Part shown: piece after piece, positions 10,319 to 19,703 of the stretch
How positions within the stretch are numbered: position 1 is the first letter of the stretch
Layout of the letters: each line of letters begins with the position of its first letter
NCBI GenBank assembly: GCA_023250155.1
Contig: JAHFBG010000003.1
Location: forward strand, 102,040-166,039
DNA from: Candidatus Melainabacteria bacterium
GTDB taxonomy: Bacteria > Cyanobacteriota > Vampirovibrionia > 2-02-FULL-35-15
Length of the DNA stretch: 64,000 nt
Direction of reading: 5' to 3'
The notes under the pieces: model-generated
Told to the model about the DNA's origin: nothing
The model's database searches: none
What the model saw: only the letters and a program-made list of their open reading frames with translations
Translations under genes and position numbers: made by a program

Positions 10319-12121
10319 TTATGCTGTCAACCGTGATTTTAACTTTTCTATAAAAGTTTCGGCTAAATCAGAGTCACCGACAGCTTCAACGATTTGTTCA
10401 TCTAACTTTTCAGAGACTCCATCACTTCCTAAAGCATTATTCAATGCCGTTTTTAAAGCAACCAAACCTGGATCATTATTTTCTATTGCGCCACTCTTTA
10501 GTTTTTCTACTAGAGCTTCTAACAAGTCTCCACCTGTATTATTGTCGCTTAAATAGCTATCAATATCTTCACCTAATTTTTCAGATGTACTATCATTATC
10601 TAAAGCAGTGTTAAAAGCTGCTTTCAAAGTAACTAAGCCTGGATCATTGTCTTCTATTTTACCGCTCTTTAGTTTTTCTACTAAAGTATCTAATAAGTCT
10701 CCACCTACACTATTGTCACTTAAATATTTATCTACATCCTTACCTAACTCTTCAGAGACAGTATCACTTTCCAGAGCATTGTTAAATGCAGTGCCTAGAG
10801 CAAGTAAGCTAGGATCATCATCTTTTATTTCACTGTTAGCAAATCTTTCTCCCAGAGCACTTAATCGATCTCCTGTAATATCATTTTCACCCAAATAGGT
10901 ACTTATATCTCCACCCAATTTTTCAGCTGTTTCATCACTACCTAGAGCATTGTTAAAAGCAGTGCCTAATGCAAGTAAGCTAGGGTCATCATCTTTTATT
11001 TCACGATTCTTAAACTTTTCCAATAAAGGACTTAGGAAGTCTTCTGCTATCGTATTATTATCAAAATAGTTTTCTAGATCTTTACCTAATTGTTCAGAGA
11101 ACTCAGTGCTTTGTAGAGCAATATTAAATGCATTTCTTAAAGCAAGCAAACTTGAAGCATCATCAGATAAGCTGGTTTTTAATTTTTCCATTAAAGCATC
11201 TATTAACTTGCTTCCTGTATCATACTCAGATACTGCATTGCTAGCCGTATTGGTTAGTGCATCAGTAAATGCTTTACTCTTAAGAGCATCAGTTGTTGTT
11301 TGTCTTAAAGCATTAACACCTTCATCAGTTACAAGATCTTTTTTGGTGAGAGAATTAACTATATTTTTTCCTATCTTCTCACCATCTCCAGAATTTTCTA
11401 ATGCATTAACTACAGTAGTTTCTAAATACTCAGTCAACTTCTTACCTCTTAAAGTTTGAACTGTAGCATCTTTTGTAGCAGCATCTATAGCAGCACCATC
11501 TTTCAATTGTTCTACAAATGGTTGTGACATTGCTGTTCTTAGTTTTTGTAATTCTTCAAGAAAAGGTTGAGCAGCTTGTTTATGAGCATTAACATGTGTT
11601 GAAATAGAATCCAATAAGTCTAAAATTGACTGGACTTGATTAGCATTTTCATTGGCTTCAAATCTAACACCTTCTTTTCTAACAAATTCTTTTAATGTCC
11701 ACTCAATACCAGGTAGATCATTTTCTTCTAACTGTTGAAGTCTTTTTACGGTAGATGAAAGTTCTTTATTTGTTTGTCTTAGGGTTAAACTTTTTCCAAT
11801 TACTTTTTTAACGGCTACTCCTAATATTCCACCAACACCAAAATCAATAGCATGATTAACAGTAATAGAAGGAAGTCCAGCTTCATCAGTATATTCTTTT
11901 GGTACAACCCTAAGATTTTCTTCTTGTCTCTTTTGTGATTTTTCAAGGGCTTTTGTATTTGTTTTATTAGTGTTTTCTTGGGGGGGAGGTGAGTTCTCTT
12001 GATTGTAATCTGTCACTAATTCTTGTGCTTTTTCTTTACCAGCTATAACTAAACTTCCACCTACTCCAAATGCTGCTAAATTAACTAGTCCATTAACTAT
12101 AAATGATCTTCTTGTTTGCAT
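10319..12121 (-). CDS. Exported/anchored protein with twin-arginine-like N-terminus and 57-aa helical repeats
   Basis: MQTRRSFI plus hydrophobic segment; repeats D(D/N)P.L.AL..AFN.AL.S...E.LG.D...YL. Confidence 0.75.
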   Translation of the reverse strand: MQTRRSFIVNGLVNLAAFGVGGSLVIAGKEKAQELVTDYNQENSPPPQENTNKTNTKALEKSQKRQEENLRVVPKEYTDEAGLPSITVNHAIDFGVGGILGVAVKKVIGKSLTLRQTNKELSSTVKRLQQLEENDLPGIEWTLKEFVRKEGVRFEANENANQVQSILDLLDSISTHVNAHKQAAQPFLEELQKLRTAMSQPFVEQLKDGAAIDAATKDATVQTLRGKKLTEYLETTVVNALENSGDGEKIGKNIVNSLTKKDLVTDEGVNALRQTTTDALKSKAFTDALTNTASNAVSEYDTGSKLIDALMEKLKTSLSDDASSLLALRNAFNIALQSTEFSEQLGKDLENYFDNNTIAEDFLSPLLEKFKNREIKDDDPSLLALGTAFNNALGSDETAEKLGGDISTYLGENDITGDRLSALGERFANSEIKDDDPSLLALGTAFNNALESDTVSEELGKDVDKYLSDNSVGGDLLDTLVEKLKSGKIEDNDPGLVTLKAAFNTALDNDSTSEKLGEDIDSYLSDNNTGGDLLEALVEKLKSGAIENNDPGLVALKTALNNALGSDGVSEKLDEQIVEAVGDSDLAETFIEKLKSRLTA

Positions 12122-12294
12122 TGATATAATCTCCTTCTTAAATAAATTTCTAAATTCTACTGCTTAAGATAACAGATTTTAGTTTTCTTAATCAACAGAA
12201 AATCTAAAACAAATCTTAAAGTTTAAATTAAATGTATTGAAGATTCACGAAATTATTTATGGATCTTAAATGTTGGTCAATACGATAGACAGAA

Positions 12295-13032
12295 TTAAGA
12301 ACAGGAAGACACTAAAATTTTCTCTACTTCATTTACATCACTTGGTCTATCAATAGCAGGATAAGCTCTTTTAACAATGCCAAGTTTTATTTTAATTCCA
12401 CTTTCTAGAACACGTAATTGCTCAAGCTGTTCAGCAACCTCAAGTGATGAGGGTGGTAAAAGACTAAACTTTAAAATAGCTTCTCTTGTATAACCATAAA
12501 TTCCAATATGACGAAAATACTTTATGTCATTTCTATTGTCCCTGTTAAATGGTATCTGAGACCTTGAGAAATAAAGAGCAAAGTTGTCTTTGTCCATAAC
12601 TGTTTTTACAATATTTGGATTTGTTAAATCATCAAGCTCCGTCAAAGGTGCAACTAAACTAGACATTTGAGCTTGATTTGATATTAAGAGTTCAATAACT
12701 TTATCAATATATTCAGGTGGCATCAATGGTTCATCACCTTGAAGGTTCACTATGTATTCAATCTCAGAGTATTTTTTTACTACTTCTGTAATTCTATCTG
12801 TTCCACACTTATGATCTCTTGAAGTCATGCAGGCATCTACCTTTAAACTTTCTTTTACAAAATTTAAAATTCTTTCATCTTCAGTAGCTACAATAATTTT
12901 GTTTGCAAGCTTTGATTTCAAAGCTGCATTGACAACCCATTCAATCATAGGTTTTCCAGAGATTAAAGCTAATGGTTTTCCTGGAAACCTAGTACTTTCA
13001 AAACGAGCTGGGATTATGATAGCGGTGATCAT
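12295..13032 (-). CDS. kdsB: 3-deoxy-manno-octulosonate cytidylyltransferase
   Basis: IPARFESTRFPGKPL, GTDR, VNLQGDEP, YFSR, HIGIY, LEQLR. Confidence 0.96.
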   Translation of the reverse strand: MITAIIIPARFESTRFPGKPLALISGKPMIEWVVNAALKSKLANKIIVATEDERILNFVKESLKVDACMTSRDHKCGTDRITEVVKKYSEIEYIVNLQGDEPLMPPEYIDKVIELLISNQAQMSSLVAPLTELDDLTNPNIVKTVMDKDNFALYFSRSQIPFNRDNRNDIKYFRHIGIYGYTREAILKFSLLPPSSLEVAEQLEQLRVLESGIKIKLGIVKRAYPAIDRPSDVNEVEKILVSSCS

Positions 13033-13100
13033 GTAGGTATTATAGCTTATTTGCTGAAAACTTTGATACTGTTATGCCATAGAGAGACATGATAGACAAT

Positions 13101-13532
13101 CTACTCCCCAATAATTTTAACTAATATTCTTTTATTTCTTTTACCATCAAACTCACCATAAAAGATTTGCTCCCATGTACCAAAGTCTAATTTTCCATCT
13201 GTAACTGCAACTACTACTTCCCTGCCAAATATTTGCCTTTTTAAATGTGCATCTCCATTATCTTCTCCAGTTCTATGATGTCTGTATTTTTCAACATCAT
13301 ATGGTGCAATCTTTTCAAGAAACTCATCAAAATCCTGAATTAATCCTTGCTCATCATCATTTATAAAACAACTAGCTGTAATATGCATAGGGTTTACAAG
13401 TACAAGCCCTTCTTTTATTCCAGATTTCTTTAGTATATCTTCTACCTGAGAAGTAATGTTTATGTACTCTCTTCTTTTTTTAGTGTTGATTGTTATACAT
13501 TCTCTAAATGACTTCATAGATTTATAATCCAT
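13101..13532 (-). CDS. yjbQ: YjbQ/UPF0047 family protein
   Basis: [36 protein letters not shown]. Confidence 0.92.
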   Translation of the reverse strand: MDYKSMKSFRECITINTKKRREYINITSQVEDILKKSGIKEGLVLVNPMHITASCFINDDEQGLIQDFDEFLEKIAPYDVEKYRHHRTGEDNGDAHLKRQIFGREVVVAVTDGKLDFGTWEQIFYGEFDGKRNKRILVKIIGE

Positions 13533-14078
13533 CTATAACTGTAGAGATTGGTCTCGCCCAACCACTGCCTTAAGTTTTGGTATAGTGATGACCAGGGTAC
13601 CGTCTTCATATCTTGTTGAAAGCTTATCAGTGTTTGCATCCTGTGGTAGAGATATCATTTTTCTGAATGATCCAAAGCTTTGCTCTTTTTTATAAAATCC
13701 ATTTTTATTCTTTTCTTCATTTTGAATATTATGCTCACCGGATACTACAAGAGAATTCCCATCTACCTCAATACTGATTTTATCTTTTTCAATATCTGGA
13801 CTTGTAAGTCTTAAAATATAGTTATTTTTATATTCTTTGAATCCTGTATCATTAGATAAGTTCAATGATTTGTTTATTGCACCTTGAATTTTATTAAACT
13901 CTTCAAGTGGGTCTAAATATCCAGAATGGAATTTAAAAAGATTTTGTGGGTGATATGCTTGGAGATTATTGTCCAAAGTATTTTTATGTTGAAGCTTCAA
14001 TTCAAGCAAATAAGCTGTTTCTACAAATAGAGCTAAAGCTAAAGTAATAACTAAACCAATTAATATTTTACTTTTCAT
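13533..14078 (-). CDS. Hsp20/alpha-crystallin protein with N-terminal membrane anchor or signal
   Basis: DKISIEVDGNSLVVSGE..E.SFGSFRK.ISLP...YEDGTLVITIPK; likely start MKSKILIGLVITLALALF. Confidence 0.85.
   Translation of the reverse strand: MKSKILIGLVITLALALFVETAYLLELKLQHKNTLDNNLQAYHPQNLFKFHSGYLDPLEEFNKIQGAINKSLNLSNDTGFKEYKNNYILRLTSPDIEKDKISIEVDGNSLVVSGEHNIQNEEKNKNGFYKKEQSFGSFRKMISLPQDANTDKLSTRYEDGTLVITIPKLKAVVGRDQSLQL
13541..13568. repeat. Degenerate GTAG..CTAC REP-like palindrome forming the last codons of the Hsp20 gene
   Basis: GTAGAGATTGGTCTCGCCCAACCACTGC, similar to the copy at 29416. Confidence 0.55.
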
Positions 14079-14130
14079 AATAGTATTCAATTTAAAATTA
14101 TAACTGCTATTAAAAGAATTAAGAAAAAAA

Positions 14131-14409
14131 TTATTTGCCATTACATGTTGAATTAGAATAAGTAGATTTACAGTCTCCACAGCAAGAATTGTTTTTAGTG
14201 TCGATATTATTTTTTTGTACAGGTTGATTTACAATAATATTTTTTTGAGGGGGCATTTGACAAAGAAAATTAGGAGCATTATTGTTTTGACTATTAGTTT
14301 CTTGATTGTTTTGTGTTGGCAAGTTAGCTTTAGCACAATTACAAGCATAGACCCTAGAGTGGCTACTTAATAGGGAAATTAATAAAATTAAATAAACAAT
14401 AAAAGCCAT
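14131..14409 (-). CDS. Small secreted Cys/Asn/Gln-rich protein
   Basis: Signal peptide ending VYA, then CNC, Q/N-rich middle and CCGDC...C. Confidence 0.6.
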   Translation of the reverse strand: MAFIVYLILLISLLSSHSRVYACNCAKANLPTQNNQETNSQNNNAPNFLCQMPPQKNIIVNQPVQKNNIDTKNNSCCGDCKSTYSNSTCNGK

Positions 14410-14425
14410 AGGCTAAGTGTTTTTA

Positions 14426-14548
14426 TTATTTGCAGTTACAAGGGCTACAATGACAGGGACTACAAGCACAGCTATGGCTTGTGGCCAAAGTAATAACACC
14501 TGTAATCATAAAAAATGCTAATGCAAGTGGCAAGATATATTTTTGCAT
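14426..14548 (-). CDS. 40-aa secreted/anchored Cys-rich peptide (metallothionein-like), absent from the ORF track
   Basis: Translated by hand as MQKYILPLALAFFMITGVITLATSHSCACSPCHCSPCNCK*; GAGGT RBS upstream. Confidence 0.75.
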   Translation of the reverse strand: MQKYILPLALAFFMITGVITLATSHSCACSPCHCSPCNCK

Positions 14549-15110
14549 TTTATTTACCTCACGCTTAGTTTCCACGACCTGCTTTGGTTATTCCCACTCT
14601 TGGTAAAGATTAGAAGAGGAATATTGAATGTAATTAAGGAATGATTAACCATCAAGATAAAAAAATAAGGGCGTATAGGATACGCCCTCTAGCCCTTAAT
14701 TCTTTGATGAATTGTTTGCCCAGAAAATTCCAGGTGGGTGCTCGCGAATAATAGCATCCGTTTTCGATCACGATAAGAGTGGGTTGAAACCCACCCGTAC
14801 AATGCATCGATATACTTAGCTACTAATAATACTGAACTCCCTTAACTTTTAGCTTGTAGGACAAAAAATTAAGTCAAAAAACTAAGAGCTATGTTTATAG
14901 TAGCGTAACTTGTTGATTGGATGCAAGTCTATGAAAGCTATTGCTACACCTCTCTAGAAGGGCTACCCCTTCAATCCTACAGTCTAGATAGTTCAGTGGA
15001 TTTTAATAGGTTTTAATAAAGTGTGATGATAGCCACATATAGATCTTACAAATCAGGGGTATAAGGCTAGTGTAGCTCCAAAAGAGAATAATAAAGAGGT
15101 TTTAAATAAA

Positions 15111-15347
15111 ATGCACAATTTTGTAAGCAAGTTTCTACTCCCAATTACAATATCTATTATTGTAGGGTTAATTCCATTATCTGGTTTTTGTCAGGCTTGT
15201 TCAAGTGAAGGTGAGCCTTGTGGTGATGGATTAGGTAGCTGTTGCCCAACCTATACCAATGAGGCAGGTGAATGTAAAAAACTTACATGTGCCCCTCCAG
15301 ATCATGAGAATGCAGGTACCTGTATAGAAGATGGAGTTTGCGAATAA
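15111..15347 (+). CDS. Small secreted Cys-rich knottin-like peptide
   Basis: GAGG RBS, signal peptide, mature part C-x6-C-x6-CC-x9-C-x4-C-x10-C-x5-C. Confidence 0.7.
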   Translation: MHNFVSKFLLPITISIIVGLIPLSGFCQACSSEGEPCGDGLGSCCPTYTNEAGECKKLTCAPPDHENAGTCIEDGVCE

Positions 15348-15371
15348 ATCTATTCGTTGTTTAAATAATAT

Positions 15372-15977
15372 TTAATTTTTTTCTATATCTATTGTTTGCG
15401 CATTGACGACTTTCTTTTTTCTAAATCGTAAATTTTCAAGATTTATAACTCCACCCACACCAGACTTAATTTTTCCAAAGAGTTCTTCGCTTATCTCACT
15501 TGTGCCACGTATGGTATTTAGTGCAGTTGATTTTGCAATATTTCCAATTTTTGCACCTGTATCATAAGCGCACTGACTCAAATCTACAATTGTTCTTCCA
15601 AAAGTATTTGCAGCCTTTGTACTTACTTCATGTGTTCCTTCTATTGTTCCAAGTGTACTTGATTTTAAATTTTTCCCAATCTCATTTACAAAACCAAAAC
15701 CCACTTTAGTACTTTCAATTGAAATCTCTTTTGTTTCACCAATAGTTTTTTTTATAGAGTCTGTAACAGCACTACCAAACTCATTTGAAACTTCTTTTGT
15801 AGAGCGAATTGCAAAAACTGCAGAGTCTTTAAATGTTCCAAGAACTGATCTAAAAATTGTGCTTGAACCATCTAAAACACTGATGATTGCTCCTTGAAGT
15901 GTTTCACCTATTTGTACTGCAAAACCAGGTTCATTATTTGTGTTTTTAGTATCTTTGTTAGTTTCATTTGCTTCCAT
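15372..15977 (-). CDS. Hypothetical amphipathic-helix repeat protein (apolipoprotein/LEA-like composition)
   Basis: AAGGAG RBS before MEANE; recurring I.(G/S)T.E(V/I)S motif. Confidence 0.6.
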   Translation of the reverse strand: MEANETNKDTKNTNNEPGFAVQIGETLQGAIISVLDGSSTIFRSVLGTFKDSAVFAIRSTKEVSNEFGSAVTDSIKKTIGETKEISIESTKVGFGFVNEIGKNLKSSTLGTIEGTHEVSTKAANTFGRTIVDLSQCAYDTGAKIGNIAKSTALNTIRGTSEISEELFGKIKSGVGGVINLENLRFRKKKVVNAQTIDIEKN

Positions 15978-16180
15978 GTTTTTCTCCTTGATCAAAATCC
16001 TTCTTAATTAGTCTATGTTCTTTTTATCGTCTCTTTTAGAGAATTTTATGGTATGTAAAGATTAAATAAATCTAAAATTTAAATTTAATCGTTATCTTAA
16101 CCTGATTTTCTTAATCTCAATGCCTTAAAATCGAAATACATAACACGAAAATAATTAAGATCATATTTAAGAAAAATTAT

Positions 16181-17110
16181 ATGCAAGCACCTAGAATTAC
16201 AGACATAGTACAAAAATATAATTTGCCGCTTGGTTTTACCAAGCCAAATGGCCGAGAAGCTACCGTCAGAGATTTGTTAGAGTGGAAGGAAAAAGAAAAA
16301 CCAAATGCTATTCAACAAACATCCTATTTAACATTAGGTGGTTTTGTAGCTAGTGCAGTTGGTGGAATACTTGCATTTTTAGGTGGAAAAAACAATAGTG
16401 GTGGGCTTTTTGGTGGTTTTTTAGGTTTAGTAGGCTTAGCAGCGACGGCTATTGGTTATTATTTTTCACAAGGGATTTACAGTGTAACTAAAAGCTTGGA
16501 AAACAAATCTCAAAAACCAATACAAGAACTAATTACAGAATTAAGAAATAAAGACTTTAAAGCTGAACACAGGGTAAAGGTTATAAAAGACATAAACACC
16601 TACACAAATAAGAAAGATGCAAAAGATGTACTAATAGAATGTTTGAATGACCCATCAAAACAAGTCAGAGAAGCAGCTATTGATGTACTGCACGATATAG
16701 TAAGTGTGACTGATTTAGCTAACCTTATAAGACCTTTAAACAATCAAACTACTGCAGGTGCTAATACTGAACATGAAGAAAAGAAAAAAGATGTAGTTAA
16801 GCTTTTAACTAAATGTTTGAAAGATATAAAAGACAAAGATGCACACAAAGTAAGACTTGAAGCTATCGATGCATTAGTAAAATTAAAAGAAGATAGTGCA
16901 CTTAAACTATTTTTTGAACTATTAAATAATCCAAATGAAAATAAAGAAGTTAAAACTAAACTGCTAGAAGCCCTAGGTTCACTTGCTACTAAAGATACAA
17001 AAATTGGAAAGAAATTAATTCAAACATGCTTAAAAGAACTCCATGATGCTGAACAGGATAATGATTTAAAATCCTCTGTCAATAGCTTATTAACTCAATT
17101 TCATAGGTAA
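16181..17110 (+). CDS. Membrane protein with HEAT repeats
   Basis: Two Gly-rich TM helices; LIECLNDPSKQVREAAIDVL and VRLEAIDAL. Confidence 0.75.
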   Translation: MQAPRITDIVQKYNLPLGFTKPNGREATVRDLLEWKEKEKPNAIQQTSYLTLGGFVASAVGGILAFLGGKNNSGGLFGGFLGLVGLAATAIGYYFSQGIYSVTKSLENKSQKPIQELITELRNKDFKAEHRVKVIKDINTYTNKKDAKDVLIECLNDPSKQVREAAIDVLHDIVSVTDLANLIRPLNNQTTAGANTEHEEKKKDVVKLLTKCLKDIKDKDAHKVRLEAIDALVKLKEDSALKLFFELLNNPNENKEVKTKLLEALGSLATKDTKIGKKLIQTCLKELHDAEQDNDLKSSVNSLLTQFHR

Positions 17111-17179
17111 TAGCTAATTTACACAATGGATATGTTAGTAAAAATATGCTAAATTAATATTAATTAGAAAAGGTATTTT

Positions 17180-17779
17180 ATGTTAAATATAGGAAAAATC
17201 GTAAGATATTTCTTTGGTACAACACCACAAACTAAAAACAAAGTTGAAACTAAAACAGAAGTAGAACATCCACTTGATATTCTAGATGAGCTACATAATT
17301 TTTCTATACCAATTCCTGGGATTTCTGAAAGGTTGTTGAATGAAGAAAAAGAGCTTTTTATACAAGAGGCTCTAACAACATATAGTGAATTTGAGTTAAC
17401 AAATCTTTTAAGTGAAATTTATCTAAGTCAAAGACTAGATAAAAATGTAAAAAATCAAGCTGGTCTTTGTATAAGAGCATTAGTAAACAGTAAGTCAAAC
17501 AAGGACTTACATGGGTTCATTAGTGATGAGATTTATCATCCTGTAGCTCGTAAATGGGCTATAAATACACTAATAGAAAGAAATGACTTAAGCGCAAATC
17601 TTACTTTTATATATCGTGTAATTGTAGATAGTGATGATATCGGGGTAAGAAAACTAGCAGCATTTGGGCTTGGTGAAATAGGCAGTAAAGCTGCTTTTGA
17701 AGTTCTTGGGAATGTAAAACCTACTGATCCTATATATCCGGAAGCTCAAGAAGCAAAGAAGAAGATATTGGCACTATAG
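17180..17779 (+). CDS. HEAT-repeat protein
   Basis: VRKLAAFGLGEIGSKAAFEVL. Confidence 0.7.
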   Translation: MLNIGKIVRYFFGTTPQTKNKVETKTEVEHPLDILDELHNFSIPIPGISERLLNEEKELFIQEALTTYSEFELTNLLSEIYLSQRLDKNVKNQAGLCIRALVNSKSNKDLHGFISDEIYHPVARKWAINTLIERNDLSANLTFIYRVIVDSDDIGVRKLAAFGLGEIGSKAAFEVLGNVKPTDPIYPEAQEAKKKILAL

Positions 17780-17909
17780 TACTAAAAAACAACTTATTAG
17801 CTTCCTGCCATGGAATAGTAACAATAGACAGATAGAAGGTTATTTATTATATGGTTTTTAATGTAATTATTTGTGGTATAGTATAAATTACAACGGTGTG
17901 ATTTATACT

Positions 17910-19112
17910 ATGATACAAAATACTACAATTACAAGAAGAGTGGAAAGTGTAATCAAGAAGGATTTAGAAAAGAAAATGGTTCTTCTTGCTGGGCCTAGGC
18001 AGTGTGGTAAAACCACTCTTGCTGAAAGACTGCTCAAGGAAACAAAAGGATCATATTATAATTGGGATATTGATGGGCATAGAAAACTTATAAAATACAA
18101 TGAACTTGACCTAAAAGCCAAACTTTGGGTTTTTGATGAGATTCACAAATATAAAAGTTGGAGAAACTGGTTAAAAGGTACTTTTGATCTACATAAAAAC
18201 AAGCATAAAATTTTAGTAAGTGGTAGCGCAAAACTAGACATTTATAGTAGGGGTGGGGATTCATTACAAGGAAGGTATTTCTTCCACCGTTTACACCCAT
18301 TTACCATCTCTGAGATATTAAATCTTGATGTCAATGAAATAAATAAAATTCCTGAGCTTGAACAAGAGACAAATTTTAAACAAGCTAAGAATATACTTCA
18401 AGATCTTTTAGAGTTTGGTGGGTTCCCAGAACCTTTTTGTTCAGGTTCAAAACAAGAATCATTAAGATGGCATCTCACATATAGTACAAGATTAATAAGA
18501 GAAGATATACGTGATCTAGAAAGAGTTTTTGATCTGGATAAAATGGAAACTTTATATGAGCATCTACCATTTACAGTTGGTTCTATTCTTTCCATAAATA
18601 GCTTGCGTGAAGATCTAGAGGTAAATTTCAGGACTGTAAAAAACTGGATTGATATTTTTGAAAAAAACTATGTTTGTTTTAAAGTTCTTCCATTAGGGGC
18701 AAAAAAAATAAAAGCTGTAAAAAAAGAGAGTAAGCTTTATTTTTGGGACTGGAGTTTTGTTGAAAAACGTTCTGCAAGATTTGAAAATTTGATTGCTACC
18801 CACCTACTTCGTTTGTGTCACTGGATAACAGATGTTTATGGGGAGAAATCAGAACTAAGATACTATAGAGATATAAGAGGACGTGAAGTTGACTTTATAG
18901 TCTTAAAAAATAATCAGCCATGGTTAGCAGTTGAAGTGAAAGAATCAGAACAGGATATTGATTCTAATTTAAATTATCTTCTTAATAAGGTTAAAATTCC
19001 ATATGCATTTCAGGTACACCTAGATGGTGAAAAGTTTAAACGGTTACCAGATATAAATGGTAGTAAGGTACATATAATACCGGCTCACATATTTCTTGTA
19101 AACTTGCCATAG
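17910..19112 (+). CDS. AAA_14/DUF4143 family ATPase
   Basis: GPRQCGKT, VFDEIH, SGS, GGFPE, K.K.YFWD, FEN, EVDF...EVK nuclease-like tail. Confidence 0.9.
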   Translation: MIQNTTITRRVESVIKKDLEKKMVLLAGPRQCGKTTLAERLLKETKGSYYNWDIDGHRKLIKYNELDLKAKLWVFDEIHKYKSWRNWLKGTFDLHKNKHKILVSGSAKLDIYSRGGDSLQGRYFFHRLHPFTISEILNLDVNEINKIPELEQETNFKQAKNILQDLLEFGGFPEPFCSGSKQESLRWHLTYSTRLIREDIRDLERVFDLDKMETLYEHLPFTVGSILSINSLREDLEVNFRTVKNWIDIFEKNYVCFKVLPLGAKKIKAVKKESKLYFWDWSFVEKRSARFENLIATHLLRLCHWITDVYGEKSELRYYRDIRGREVDFIVLKNNQPWLAVEVKESEQDIDSNLNYLLNKVKIPYAFQVHLDGEKFKRLPDINGSKVHIIPAHIFLVNLP

Positions 19113-19282
19113 GATAGTGTTAAACAAGTTTTAACCTACTACCACTTTCTACTTCAGTGCTATCCCTATAAGTTATTAAGAGGATATTATCCCTGCTAAT
19201 GTTTAGTTTTTTTTAAACCCTGGGATATGGCCATGTAGGGTCTAACCCTTAGGGAAAAAGTTTTAATGAAAGGAAGTATGTT

Positions 19283-19604
19283 ATGAAGAAAATATTTTGT
19301 CTTTTACTACTCCCAGTACTAGTAGCTTGTATTTTATGTGCTTCTCAAAAAGCATATAGTGCAGTGACAGACTGTGATGGAGCAGCAGGAGCTCTAACTA
19401 CTGCTCAAGATAACTTAAAGACATGCGTTGATAATCTTAGTCTAACTTGTGCTGTATCTTCACTGTTTACCATATGTAACTGCAACAGGATGCAGTTCTC
19501 ATAATAATGCACAAGATTGCATTATTGGTAATTGCAAATGGTGTGGCGCAGTTAATGGAAATAATGTGTGTGTAAATGTAGTAGCAGATTGCCCTCCTCC
19601 TTAA
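19283..19604 (+). pseudogene. Secreted Cys-rich protein split by a +1 frameshift
   Basis: Frame 0 stops at 19504; the +1 frame continues CLPYVTATGCSSHNNAQDCIIGNCKWCGAVNGNNVCVNVVADCPPP* to 19604, just before a terminator. Confidence 0.7.
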
Positions 19605-19633
19605 ACAATCTAGTACTAGTTTAATTAAAAAAT

Positions 19634-19662
19634 GGGGGTAGCATAGTTGCCCCCCTTTTTTT
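19634..19662 (+). terminator. Intrinsic terminator
   Basis: GGGGGTAGC-ATA-GTTGCCCCC hairpin followed by a T run. Confidence 0.8.
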
Positions 19663-19703
19663 AACAATTTTGATGTTAGTTTAAAGAATTAGTGTAGGTA
19701 ATT

